In this document: positions 39,880 to 49,293 of the stretch, piece after piece | Numbering within the stretch: the stretch's first letter is position 1 | How the letters are laid out: each line of letters begins with the position of its first letter | DNA from: Minisyncoccota bacterium | GTDB lineage: Bacteria > Patescibacteriota > Minisyncoccia > Phycocordibacterales > DATDWN01 | DNA length: 50,783 bases | Direction: 5' to 3' | Assembly: GCA_036517295.1 (NCBI GenBank) | Contig: DATDWZ010000016.1 | Location: 1-50,783 of the forward strand | The notes under the pieces: generated by a model | The model's database searches: none | Seen by the model: only the letters and a program-made list of their open reading frames with translations | Told to the model about the DNA's origin: nothing | Program-made: the position numbers and the translations under genes

Positions 39880-40184
39880 TTCGACACCTGCGTAGCCTTG
39901 AACTCATCCCGACAAACAACGATTGCCGAGACCACATCTTCGATGAGGATGAGTCTTCTCGCTTCCGGCAGGGAAGTGAGAAGAAACTCCTCAACCACCT
40001 TTGTGATGTAGATTCGGATTTCCTTATCCGTCACCCCTTGCACCACAAGTAGGTGTGAATCCGTGTACAGCACTCTCCTTAAGGCCCAGAAGTGAGCCTC
40101 GATGAGATTGTGCTTTCTCATAGCACTCAAGACCTCTTCCCGCATCTCGGCGATCCGGTTGTGGAACGGGTTGATTCTGAGCAT
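39876..40184 (-). CDS. GC-rich helical orphan
   Basis: GGAGGT SD; TTGACG-17-TAGTGT upstream. Confidence 0.62.
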   Translation of the reverse strand: MLRINPFHNRIAEMREEVLSAMRKHNLIEAHFWALRRVLYTDSHLLVVQGVTDKEIRIYITKVVEEFLLTSLPEARRLILIEDVVSAIVVCRDEFKATQVSK

Positions 40185-40239
40185 GATACCTCCGTATCTC
40201 TGTCACCAACACTACCCATTTCACCACCATTCGTCAACC

Positions 40240-40337
40240 CAAAATTCATTCTGGTATTCACCACAGGAGTACTTCCAATCTCTAAATCGCTTTACTCAAG
40301 AGATTTAGGTCGCCGCAGAATACCAGAATGAATTTTG
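40240..40337. repeat. 98-bp element with perfect 20-bp terminal inverted repeats
   Basis: CAAAATTCATTCTGGTATTC / GAATACCAGAATGAATTTTG, inner CTAAATC/GATTTAG. Confidence 0.72.
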
Positions 40338-40393
40338 TTTAATTTTTTGATGCAGAAAAACCACGCCGACAAACGAAGCGTAGTTCGTCTGTC

Positions 40394-40663
40394 TTAGGCG
40401 TGGCTGACCTTGGAGACTTTCGCCGTCGGGAGTTCCACGGCCCGTTTCGGCTTCCAAACACTTTGGCGACCCACACGAGCAACGAGTCCTTCCGGATGTC
40501 GGAATATTTCTCCCGATCCGACAGCCAGTCCTTCGACGGACCAGCCCTTGGTAGCGACGACGAAGCGTCGTGCGTCGGCAAAGTTCTCGAACCGTCCATA
40601 CTCGGTCTGCCCAGCAACCTCACCGGGACCAAGTATTTTGATTACCCATCCTGGTTTTTTCAT
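40394..40663 (-). CDS. GC-rich orphan
   Basis: GGAGGG SD; hairpin plus T run at about 40356-40403. Confidence 0.55.
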   Translation of the reverse strand: MKKPGWVIKILGPGEVAGQTEYGRFENFADARRFVVATKGWSVEGLAVGSGEIFRHPEGLVARVGRQSVWKPKRAVELPTAKVSKVSHA

Positions 40664-40938
40664 GGCGCCCTCCGCTACTCGCTCGGCCCACTATGACCGG
40701 GGAAAGTCAACGAGGCCTGAATGAAGTTCGAGAATCCTCACTTGTGACCTGTCACTCTCTCTTTCGTAGGGACGGCCGATATTCTCTTTGAACCCAGCGG
40801 ACTTGAGCCAGTTCTCGATCCCCGTCTTCGAATTCAATCATGAACATTTTAGGTCTCTGCCTCCTAGTAATAGAAAAGCACTAAATAATATCAAAGTCAA
40901 GTATACTAAAAACCAAAAAACCTTATAATAAAATCCAT

Positions 40939-41043
40939 ATGGTCCCGTTAGAGTTTTACTCATTTCGGAGAAGCCATCTTAGGATTATCAAGTAAAATAG
41001 ACCTAATTTACTAGAATAAATAATCATAAACTCTAACGGGATG
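40939..41043 (+). mobile_element. Family A start-codon element, copy 4 (before dnaJ)
   Basis: ATGG-TCCCGTTAGAGTTT...AAACTCTAACGGG-ATGG; 14-bp perfect IR. Confidence 0.82.
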
Positions 41044-42123
41044 GCAAAAGACTATTACAATATCCTCGGCGTGGACAAGAGGGCTAATAAAGACGACATA
41101 AAGAAGGCTTTTCGGACTTTGGCCCACAAGTATCATCCTGACAAAAAAACCGGTGATGATGCAAAGTTCAAAGAGATAAACGAAGCGTATTCAATCCTTT
41201 CAGACGACCAAAAACGCGCCCAGTATGACCAGTTCGGTTCGGCCGGAGGAAACTCAGGAGGATTTGGTAGACAGGGACAGAGTGGTGGATTCGAAGGTTT
41301 TGATTTCTCACAGTTCACTCAAGGCGGAAACGGTTTTGAGTTTGATTTTGGAGATTTGTTTGGAAATGCTTTTGGCGGAGGTCGGGGACGCGCGCAGGCA
41401 AAACGCGGACGCGACATTTCTATTGATATCGAGCTCTCTTTTGAAGACTCTATTTTTGGTACGGAAAGAACGGTACTTTTGAATAAAGTTTCTAAATGTG
41501 AAATTTGTGCCGGTTCCGGTGCTGAAAAAGGTAGCGAGACTATCACTTGTCATACTTGCAACGGCAAAGGTCAGATCCGAGAAATGAAACGAACCTTCTT
41601 TGGTCAGTTCGAAACAACAACAACCTGCGAGACATGTCTCGGTAAAGGCAAAATACCGAGAGAAAAATGTCACGCCTGCCACGGCCAAGGAGTTCTGAAA
41701 AAAGAAAGTGAGATTAAGGTAAAAATCCCAGCCGGAATTGATAACGGCGAAATGATTCGACTCTCTGGAGGCGGAGAGGCGGTTGCCGGAGGCCAGACAG
41801 GAGATTTGTATATCAAGATTTATGTTAAAAAGCATCCAACTTTCCGAAAAGATGACCACAACCTCCTAACCGACCTAAATGTCAAACTAACCGACGCTCT
41901 TTTGGGTGGGGAAGTAACTCTCGTGACCCTAGACGGCGCCATAAAAGTAAAGATTCCGGAAGGAGTGACCCACAGCGAAGTTCTGCGCATAAAAGGCAGG
42001 GGAGTTCCGAACGAAAGAGGCTCTCGTGGCGACATTCTCATAAAACTCCACATCGCAATACCAAAGCGACTATCCAAAGATGCAAAGAAAGTGATTGAAT
42101 CTCTAAAGAAAGAAGGAATCTAA
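41041..42123 (+). CDS. dnaJ: Chaperone DnaJ
   Basis: HPD motif, G/F region, four CxxCxGxG repeats. Confidence 0.98.
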   Translation: MAKDYYNILGVDKRANKDDIKKAFRTLAHKYHPDKKTGDDAKFKEINEAYSILSDDQKRAQYDQFGSAGGNSGGFGRQGQSGGFEGFDFSQFTQGGNGFEFDFGDLFGNAFGGGRGRAQAKRGRDISIDIELSFEDSIFGTERTVLLNKVSKCEICAGSGAEKGSETITCHTCNGKGQIREMKRTFFGQFETTTTCETCLGKGKIPREKCHACHGQGVLKKESEIKVKIPAGIDNGEMIRLSGGGEAVAGGQTGDLYIKIYVKKHPTFRKDDHNLLTDLNVKLTDALLGGEVTLVTLDGAIKVKIPEGVTHSEVLRIKGRGVPNERGSRGDILIKLHIAIPKRLSKDAKKVIESLKKEGI

Positions 42124-42129
42124 AGAAAT

Positions 42130-42231
42130 AATTTTCAATTTTCAGTTCTCAATTTTCATTGAATTTCCAATGAATTAATTTCCAAACATTAAGAATTGAT
42201 TGTAAATTGCAAAATTGTAAATTGAAAATTT
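42130..42231. repeat. AT-rich heptad-period imperfect palindrome
   Basis: (AATTTTC)n...(GAAAATT)n, homologous to 6037-6149. Confidence 0.8.
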
Positions 42232-42249
42232 GTCTGTTAAACTTAATGT

Positions 42250-42738
42250 ATGTCTGAGTTATTAACAAAGGCTGTAAACCTCCTCACCGGCGACGGAGTG
42301 TTTCTGCTCGTGATTTTTGCTGTATTCTTTGTGTACGCAATGTACCTAGGGAGAGGAAGGATCATTTCTCTCATACTTTCTTTCTACCCGGCCACGCTTC
42401 TTTATAATGCCTTCCCGTTCATCGATAAACTGACCATGAGTAGTGAGAAGGGTCTGGTCTTGGGCAAGATCGGTATCTTTTTGGTCTTCTTGATCCCTAT
42501 AAACATAATCCTTAATCGGTATGTGTTTGCGGAATCTTTTTATACAGGGACTTCTCATATGATCCGAACCGGAGGGCTGGCTTTGGTCACGGTTATTTTG
42601 GTTATACTTTTCTCCTACAACACTGTTAATTTTGACGTCTTACACGACTTTTCACCGGGAATGGATATTATTTTTAGCGGTGCCAGTAGGGAATTCTGGT
42701 GGAATCTGACCCCTTTGGCTATTTTGGCTTTCTTATGA
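42250..42738 (+). CDS. Multi-pass membrane hypothetical protein
   Basis: Four to five hydrophobic segments. Confidence 0.7.
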   Translation: MSELLTKAVNLLTGDGVFLLVIFAVFFVYAMYLGRGRIISLILSFYPATLLYNAFPFIDKLTMSSEKGLVLGKIGIFLVFLIPINIILNRYVFAESFYTGTSHMIRTGGLALVTVILVILFSYNTVNFDVLHDFSPGMDIIFSGASREFWWNLTPLAILAFL

Positions 42739-43493
42739 GTAAAGAAAATCTCCCAAAAAACGTATTTTTCGATATAAACAAACTTCCCGGAGAGAAGGGG
42801 CTTCTTTTGTTCGGGCTTTCAATGAATAAACTTCAAAATAGACAGGACGCAGAACATTGTTTCGAAGACATTCGGCATATTGGCGGAGCCAAAGTGAGTA
42901 AGCCCCTCATCGGCTTAAATTTTATCTATAGTGACTTTCTATACTTATACAGTGATAAGCCGGCTCCGGAATTGAAGCATTCCTTCATGAACCAGGTCAT
43001 AGATCACCGAAATAGTATACAAAGATTACTCGAAAAGAGTCATATGGAATTCCAAATTCAGCACGCTTTTAATTACATGGTGTGGAATCAGTTATATGTG
43101 GGAACAAAAGACTTCAATAATCTATTCGAGAAACTAAAGGTTATATATAGAAATGACGAGAGGTTTCAAAAATATCTAAAGGATGACTGTCTGGTTTTCG
43201 GAAGGGAAATGGAGGACAATCAAGTAAACTTCTTTCTTGAAGAGGTATTGATGATGTACCTAATCAGTAAGAATGAGGTTAAGCTTCCAAACGAATATAT
43301 AGAAAACAATCAAACGTGGGTATTATGGTGCTATCCAGGCCGACCATTAAAGAGTGAGGTATACATCCACCAACTCAATCCATTCAAACTCGATTGGCCG
43401 GAAAACCCGTACCAAAGTTGTCAATATGACCTGGATGCCAAACTATTGATCGATTTTAACCGAGTGGACCTGGAAACATACGAGGTTAGGTGA
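42735..43493 (+). CDS. Putative tRNA-dependent cyclodipeptide synthase-like protein
   Basis: LLFGLSM, FFLEE, CYPG in CDPS-like order and spacing; ATGA overlap with upstream gene. Confidence 0.5.
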   Translation: MSKENLPKNVFFDINKLPGEKGLLLFGLSMNKLQNRQDAEHCFEDIRHIGGAKVSKPLIGLNFIYSDFLYLYSDKPAPELKHSFMNQVIDHRNSIQRLLEKSHMEFQIQHAFNYMVWNQLYVGTKDFNNLFEKLKVIYRNDERFQKYLKDDCLVFGREMEDNQVNFFLEEVLMMYLISKNEVKLPNEYIENNQTWVLWCYPGRPLKSEVYIHQLNPFKLDWPENPYQSCQYDLDAKLLIDFNRVDLETYEVR

Positions 43494-43652
43494 TCTAGGT
43501 CGCCTTTCCGGGCTATCTCTGGCTAAACCCAATGGTTCGGGTCGCCCGAACTTGATTTCATCAAGTTTTAGGGTGTAGTAAAAATACAAAATATAGGCCT
43601 AGAAAGGGCCATTTTTTAGCCCTTTTCAAAGGTCATTTTTTGTGGTATTTAT

Positions 43653-43681
43653 TTGACAAGTTTCGCTGGATATGATACTAT
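43653..43681 (+). promoter_or_regulatory. Sigma70 promoter
   Basis: TTGACA-17 nt-TACTAT with TGn extension. Confidence 0.7.
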
Positions 43682-43778
43682 ACACGTAACTCACTAGATG
43701 TGAGTTTTCCCGTCTGAGAAAGCAATCCAGAATTAATATCTAATTAAACTTGTTATTTTAAATTTCACAGCTATCAGT

Positions 43779-44231
43779 TTGTTTATGGTTATGTCGTCTA
43801 TTGCAGGCGTACAGTCACCAGTACAAGTGAAAGATGTGCCTAAGGTGGAAGAATCTTCTTATCAAACCGTTAAGCTGGCGTCAAATAAGGAAGTCGAGGA
43901 CATAATGAGTACCGAGGAGTATGTAAGACAGTACTTCGCGGACATACCTATTATGATTCAAATCGCAAGATGTGAATCACGGTTCCGACAGCTTGATAAC
44001 GATGGAGATATTCATCGAGGCAGAGTCAACTCATCTGATGTCGGTGTGATGCAGATTAACGAGCATTATCACCTGGACACGTCGCTTGAGGGAAACTTCG
44101 ACATCTACACTATAGAAGGTAACACTGCTTATGCCCGCGCTTTGTATGAAAGACAGGGAACTCAACCTTGGAGCTCGTCTAAGCCATGCTGGGGTAAGTA
44201 TGTAAATCGAGACCTCACAATAAACAAGTAA
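43779..44231 (+). CDS. Secreted lysozyme-fold lytic transglycosylase (SLT/Rpf-like); start uncertain
   Basis: IARCES, DVGVMQIN, GTQPW...CW. Confidence 0.72.
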   Translation: MFMVMSSIAGVQSPVQVKDVPKVEESSYQTVKLASNKEVEDIMSTEEYVRQYFADIPIMIQIARCESRFRQLDNDGDIHRGRVNSSDVGVMQINEHYHLDTSLEGNFDIYTIEGNTAYARALYERQGTQPWSSSKPCWGKYVNRDLTINK

Positions 44232-44249
44232 GCACAAATAAACTTTATC

Positions 44250-44277
44250 CACAAAAGCCCCTTCGGGGGCTTTTGTG
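44250..44277. terminator. Intrinsic terminator
   Basis: CACAAAAGCCCC-TTCG-GGGGCTTTTGTG. Confidence 0.88.
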
Positions 44278-44303
44278 TTATCTAAAGTGATACAATAATT
44301 ATT

Positions 44304-44921
44304 ATGAATGTAATTAGTATTCTTAAAAAAGTAGGGGCTATTATTACGGACGGTCACTTTGTTGGAACTTCAGGTAGACATATGTCAACCTATATAAATA
44401 AAGATCGTCTAATATCTCATCCAAAATATACAAAAGAAGTGGGGAAATTATTCGCAAATAAATTTAAACACAAAAACATCGAGGTTGTAGTTGCTCCGGC
44501 GGTTGCTGGAATTGCACTATCTCAATGGACAGCATTTTATTTGAGCAACAAGAAAAAAGAGGTTTTGAGTGTATATACGGAAAAAACTCCAGAAAATCAG
44601 CAAATCCTAAAAAGAGGTTACGATAATCTCATCAAAGATAGACGAGTGCTAATAATCGACGATATCGCTACCAAAGGTAGTTCATTGAAAAAAGTGATAA
44701 ATACGGCTAAAAAGGCGGGTGGGGAGGTTATAGCGGCATGCGTTATGGTAAACCGGGACCCAAAACTGGTAAATTCGAAAAGTATCCGTGTGTCATTTTC
44801 ATCACTTACAGTATTTAAAGTACCTTCATATAAAAAGAAAGATTGCCCGTTGTGTAAAAAGGGGATTCCAATTAACACTTTTTTAGGTCACGGCAAAGTT
44901 ATCCAAGATTATACCAGTTAG
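44304..44921 (+). CDS. pyrE: Orotate phosphoribosyltransferase-like PRTase
   Basis: GHFVGTSGRH..YINK, VLIIDDIATKGSS, CPLC tail. Confidence 0.82.
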   Translation: MNVISILKKVGAIITDGHFVGTSGRHMSTYINKDRLISHPKYTKEVGKLFANKFKHKNIEVVVAPAVAGIALSQWTAFYLSNKKKEVLSVYTEKTPENQQILKRGYDNLIKDRRVLIIDDIATKGSSLKKVINTAKKAGGEVIAACVMVNRDPKLVNSKSIRVSFSSLTVFKVPSYKKKDCPLCKKGIPINTFLGHGKVIQDYTS

Positions 44922-45216
44922 CATCTTTTCGTCACGGGGGAGTAATTATATGAGTGTCGCACAATATATCTTTTGACAACCTATTAAGGGAAAAATTGCG
45001 AATAGGTTTGGGTTGGATTCTAAACTACTCGGAGTCTTGGTGTACATTACTTATGTATATTTATATGCATGCGTCAAATCAGTCTACTTACTATGTAAAC
45101 TTATCCCCCATCACTCTATAAGTATAGACGGTGTTTGGTATAGAAAAAATTAATTCCCGACAGGGAAGTCCCCTATCAGCTAGAGTATAGACCTTAATAG
45201 ACATTCATAGGAAAAA

Positions 45217-45417
45217 CTATCTACCGACTAATGCTCGCACAACTTGATCCAACCAATCATAAATCGACATCACAAAAGACACGATCGGCTGAACCGCACT
45301 CTGGACATCGGGAGACCGGAGCCAAGCGATAAGATCAAAATCTAGAAAGTACTTGAGGGCCACAACAGCAACTATGAGTAAAATTATTCTGCCTATAAAA
45401 CCTTGGTTAGTTTTCAT
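45217..45417 (-). CDS. Small membrane protein
   Basis: NQGF followed by hydrophobic helix (pilin-leader-like); TATAAT 7 nt upstream. Confidence 0.6.
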   Translation of the reverse strand: MKTNQGFIGRIILLIVAVVALKYFLDFDLIAWLRSPDVQSAVQPIVSFVMSIYDWLDQVVRALVGR

Positions 45418-45437
45418 GAATTAATTATACAAATAAA

Positions 45438-46781
45438 CTATAAACTTGGGAAATAGGCTAAAGGATCAAGGTATGCCTTCGGGTCCGCCAGTGGCACCAT
45501 AGCTTGTTTACATCCAGTGCTACTGGTAAATAACTGAATGCTTATACCTTGGGTGGCATAGACGCTGACATGTAAATGAGGGGCTTCGGAATTGCCTGTA
45601 TTACCACTAAATCCGACCAAATCCCCCGTACTTAAATTTTGACCTTTTGAGACCGATATTACGGATAGATGCATGTATATACTAGAAAGTCCGTTGTTAT
45701 GGGTGACCATGACCCATTTACCGAAGCCGACGCAACCTCGATATACATCGGTGTTACCTACTCCAGCAACGACCCCGTCTAAAACACTCTCGATTCTGGT
45801 TCCTGTCGTGGCGCGAAAGTCTACACCGTTATGACCTTTATCTACAGTTTTACCATTTTTTATGACTGGTCTCCAAAATCCACGCACTATACAACTGATT
45901 ATTTTACGGTCCTTATCACAAGGTAATTTACTCGGAGAGATATTAAGGGGCCAAGACAATATCCCATGCTTTGGTGACGGATAGGCATTCCTGTCGATAG
46001 TGATATTGAGTTGAGCTTCGTAAGCATTTATTTCATCTTCAAACTGAGCTTTCAGTTCCTCTTTAGTCTTAACCAGTTGTTTGAAGGTTTCTTCTTTATT
46101 CTTTGTCTGTGCAAGCAGAACCACTTTTTCTTGGGCTGTAGCCACAACCGCCTGCGCTTTGCCGTTTAAATCTTGCTTCAGATTTACAAGATTCTTTTTT
46201 TGTCCCAAGAGAGAGGATTGTTTGTTTTCCATATCTTTCTGCAACACGGTCAGTTCCCTGGATTTATCCTGGATCATGTTTTGAACCTGCCTGACATCAT
46301 CTATCTCTTGCCAAACATCACTGATATTTTTACTAGACAAAAGAAGTTGGAGCAGGCCAATATCTTCCTGCGATTGGGCTTCCTTGATGGCGTTTATAAT
46401 AGCTTTTTTATTCGTGTCTATCAGTGACTTAGTTTTATCAATCTCATTTCCGGTTTGTTTTATGGTTAAGCTAGTCTTGTCTATCTTCCTATTGGTCAAC
46501 GTAATATCTGTAGTGATCTTCTTTTTTGTCAGATCTAGGGTTTTTAAGGTACTTTGGAGTGTTGCGCCTTGTTTACTAGCCTTATCAACCTCGGTGTTAT
46601 ATTGATTTATTTCGGTTTCCAGTTGTCTTATCTGATTATTTCTTTCCTCTATTTTTATCTTTATTTCCAGAGGGTCAACGTCCGTAGGGGTGGCATTTTG
46701 GGCATGAATAAAACCCGAGCTTCCTAATAAAGCCAGCAAAAAAAGACATATGAGACCGATGTATTTCTGGACATATTTCAT
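45438..46781 (-). CDS. Coiled-coil plus M23 peptidase (EnvC/MepM-like)
   Basis: Signal peptide, long coiled coil, HNGVD, YMHL, GNTGNSEAPHLH. Confidence 0.9.
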   Translation of the reverse strand: MKYVQKYIGLICLFLLALLGSSGFIHAQNATPTDVDPLEIKIKIEERNNQIRQLETEINQYNTEVDKASKQGATLQSTLKTLDLTKKKITTDITLTNRKIDKTSLTIKQTGNEIDKTKSLIDTNKKAIINAIKEAQSQEDIGLLQLLLSSKNISDVWQEIDDVRQVQNMIQDKSRELTVLQKDMENKQSSLLGQKKNLVNLKQDLNGKAQAVVATAQEKVVLLAQTKNKEETFKQLVKTKEELKAQFEDEINAYEAQLNITIDRNAYPSPKHGILSWPLNISPSKLPCDKDRKIISCIVRGFWRPVIKNGKTVDKGHNGVDFRATTGTRIESVLDGVVAGVGNTDVYRGCVGFGKWVMVTHNNGLSSIYMHLSVISVSKGQNLSTGDLVGFSGNTGNSEAPHLHVSVYATQGISIQLFTSSTGCKQAMVPLADPKAYLDPLAYFPSL

Positions 46782-46793
46782 CTGTATAACGGC

Positions 46794-48119
46794 CTAGAAA
46801 CTCATTATAGCATTATCAATGCGCCCCAAGACCTCATCCTTACCGAGGACGTACATAAGAGTAAACGGGTCAGGACTCTTTTCCTTACCGGATAGGGCGA
46901 CCCGAAGTGGCCACAGAACCTTTCCTCTTCCTTGTTCGGTCGCATAATTAAAGATACCAGCTTTTACAGTATCGACGCTTCCAAAATCGTTCGTTTCGCT
47001 TATTGTTGATCGTAACCACCCCAAATGTTTTTTAGTTTCGCTTTTATCAAGTTTATTATTTTGTAAAAGAAGAGAAACATCATATTTTGGAGCTTCAAAG
47101 TAGTAATCCAACTCCCCTGCCCCAGCCATTTCATCTATGTCACCCCATTTTGAAATATGGTCAAAGATAATCGGATAAACTTTTTCTGAAAGATTTTCTT
47201 TTCCTAAACTTTTTAGCCTTTCATAAATACTTTTGTTTCTCTCTTCGGTTGACATCATTTTTATGTATTCTTTGTTCAGCCAATCCAGCTTTTCTATATT
47301 GAATACTGCTCCCCCTTTTTGAATCTTAGTGAAATCGAAAACTTCGATTAATTCCGACAAAAAATAGAGCTCTTTGTTCCCTCCGGGATTAAAACCCAGT
47401 AAACCTAGAAAATTAACCATTGTTTCTGGTAGATATCCTGCCGTACGGAAATCCCGTATAGAATTCGCCCCATTTCTTGCCGACATCTTGCTTTTGTCAG
47501 GTGCAAGAATAAGTGGGACATGTATATATATTGGTCTTGGAGCGCCGATGGCTTCTTGTATCAGTATCTGCCTGGCAGTATTGACGATTCCATCATCACC
47601 TCGCATAATATGAGTCACACCCATTTCGAAATCATCCACGACCACCGATAGATGATACAAAGGGTCGTCGATATTTCTGGCTATGACAAAATCTTTTAGG
47701 TCTGTGGTGTCGACCGAAATATCTCCACGTAAAAGATCAGTAAATGTTACAACAGCGTTTGGGTTTTTAAAGCGAATAACTTCCGTGTTTGTTCCTTCGG
47801 ATTCTTGTGATAAATAGATTGCACCGCTATCCAACATCTTCTGCATATATTTTGAATATATATCTCCTCTCTCCGATTGGCGGAACGGGCCTTCGTCATA
47901 GCTTATTCCAAGCCATTTCAAGCTTTCAATAATATCTTCTTCATATTCTTTTTTTGATCTCTCTCTGTCGGTATCTTCAAGACGGAAAATGATCTTGCCG
48001 TCATTTTTTTTAGCAAAAAGGTAATTAAACAGAGCCGTACGCGCTCGCCCGACATGAAAGAACCCCGTTGGAGAAGGAGGAATTCGTACTACTATTTTTT
48101 GATTACTGTTTTCTTGCAT
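46794..48119 (-). CDS. gltX: Glutamate--tRNA ligase
   Basis: PSPTGFFHVG, RLEDTD, KMSAR. Confidence 0.94.
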   Translation of the reverse strand: MQENSNQKIVVRIPPSPTGFFHVGRARTALFNYLFAKKNDGKIIFRLEDTDRERSKKEYEEDIIESLKWLGISYDEGPFRQSERGDIYSKYMQKMLDSGAIYLSQESEGTNTEVIRFKNPNAVVTFTDLLRGDISVDTTDLKDFVIARNIDDPLYHLSVVVDDFEMGVTHIMRGDDGIVNTARQILIQEAIGAPRPIYIHVPLILAPDKSKMSARNGANSIRDFRTAGYLPETMVNFLGLLGFNPGGNKELYFLSELIEVFDFTKIQKGGAVFNIEKLDWLNKEYIKMMSTEERNKSIYERLKSLGKENLSEKVYPIIFDHISKWGDIDEMAGAGELDYYFEAPKYDVSLLLQNNKLDKSETKKHLGWLRSTISETNDFGSVDTVKAGIFNYATEQGRGKVLWPLRVALSGKEKSPDPFTLMYVLGKDEVLGRIDNAIMSF

Positions 48120-48153
48120 TTACTTTATAACTTCATGGACTTTTAACTACTAT

Positions 48154-49293
48154 CTATTTCTCGTGTTCCAAAGCAATAGCGATTATTTCTTGAGCTATCA
48201 ATTTAGCTGAATCTCCGCGAGCAAATGATTTGGCAGATTCGGCCATTTTTTGTCTCTCGGCGGGATTATCGAATATCCGGTTTATCTCAGAAACCAGAAC
48301 ATGCGGGGAAAGATTTTTTTCTTCTACCACGATTGATGCTCCCGATCGGGCATAAGCATAAGCGTTAGTTCTCTGATCGTGGGAAGTTGGCTCTGGAATC
48401 GGAATGATTATGGATGGTTTACCCCACAAGGCGATTTCAAAAATAGTCGACCCGGCACGAGAGATGACCAAATCCGCAACACCAGCAGAAGCTCTCATAT
48501 TCAAAATGTTTAGATAATCGAACGGTTTGTATCTATCTTTATTTGGATTACCGTTCAATATGACATCCCGAGTTTCTTCTATTACTTTTATATTTTTCTT
48601 GCCGGTTTGGTGAACTATCTGATAACGAGAAACCAAATCAGGTAAAGCGTCCATGATTATCTCATTTATAAAACGAGAACCTTGTGATCCGCCAAGTATC
48701 AAAAGCGTAGGTAACCCTTCGGTCAGATTGAGCAGTTTATAGGCCTCAACCGTCATTGGAACCTGGATTTCTTTTCGAACAGGATTACCAGTGTATGCAA
48801 CCTTCCTGTCCTTAAAAAATTTTATGGCTTCAGGATACGAGACGGCGATACGGCGAGCAAATCGTCCGGCCCAAGCATTTACTTTTCCCGGAGAACTATC
48901 CGATTCGTGTATAACAACGGGTATTCGTAAAATCTTTGCGGCAAACAAAGCCGGAAAACTGGCGTAACCACCTTTTCCGAAAATAACATCCGGATAAATT
49001 ATAAAAATCCTGAACAAGGCGCTGAGACAACCGATAAAAGTTTTTATCAAATCAGCCAAATTGAGGATTGAGTTTATCACGGATTTACTCCTGCGAATTT
49101 TTCCGGCACTGACTTCTTCAAACAAAATGTTGTTTTCAAAGAGAAGGGCCTCGTTATATGGCTCGGTCGACATATAAAAAAGTTCCGGCCGGAGTAGACG
49201 ATTGTCTTTTGCTATCTCATTTAATTCCGAGGCAATGGCAATTATGGGATAAAAATGTCCTCCCGTACCTCCACCTGTTAAAAGAATCTTCAT
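48154..49293 (-). CDS. murG: MurG glycosyltransferase
   Basis: GGGTGGHFYP, GKGGYAS, GGSQGS, SRAGS, DQRTNA. Confidence 0.95.
   Translation of the reverse strand: MKILLTGGGTGGHFYPIIAIASELNEIAKDNRLLRPELFYMSTEPYNEALLFENNILFEEVSAGKIRRSKSVINSILNLADLIKTFIGCLSALFRIFIIYPDVIFGKGGYASFPALFAAKILRIPVVIHESDSSPGKVNAWAGRFARRIAVSYPEAIKFFKDRKVAYTGNPVRKEIQVPMTVEAYKLLNLTEGLPTLLILGGSQGSRFINEIIMDALPDLVSRYQIVHQTGKKNIKVIEETRDVILNGNPNKDRYKPFDYLNILNMRASAGVADLVISRAGSTIFEIALWGKPSIIIPIPEPTSHDQRTNAYAYARSGASIVVEEKNLSPHVLVSEINRIFDNPAERQKMAESAKSFARGDSAKLIAQEIIAIALEHEK

Noticed and set aside
40694-40847. Possible additional orphan behind an AGGAGG site
   Set aside because: Only 31 codons from the ATG and a competing 48-codon TTG frame; cannot choose, may be frameshifted.
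38420-40870. Canonical integron cassette array
   Set aside because: Palindromes lack clear RYYYAAC/GTTRRRY ends, lie upstream of promoters, and no integrase is in the window.
44245-44253. DnaA box TTATCCACA / possible oriC
   Set aside because: Single box overlapping a terminator; no cluster or dnaA nearby.
44922-45216. AGTATAGAC repeated twice in the pyrE downstream spacer
   Set aside because: Only 9 nt, two copies, no supporting structure.
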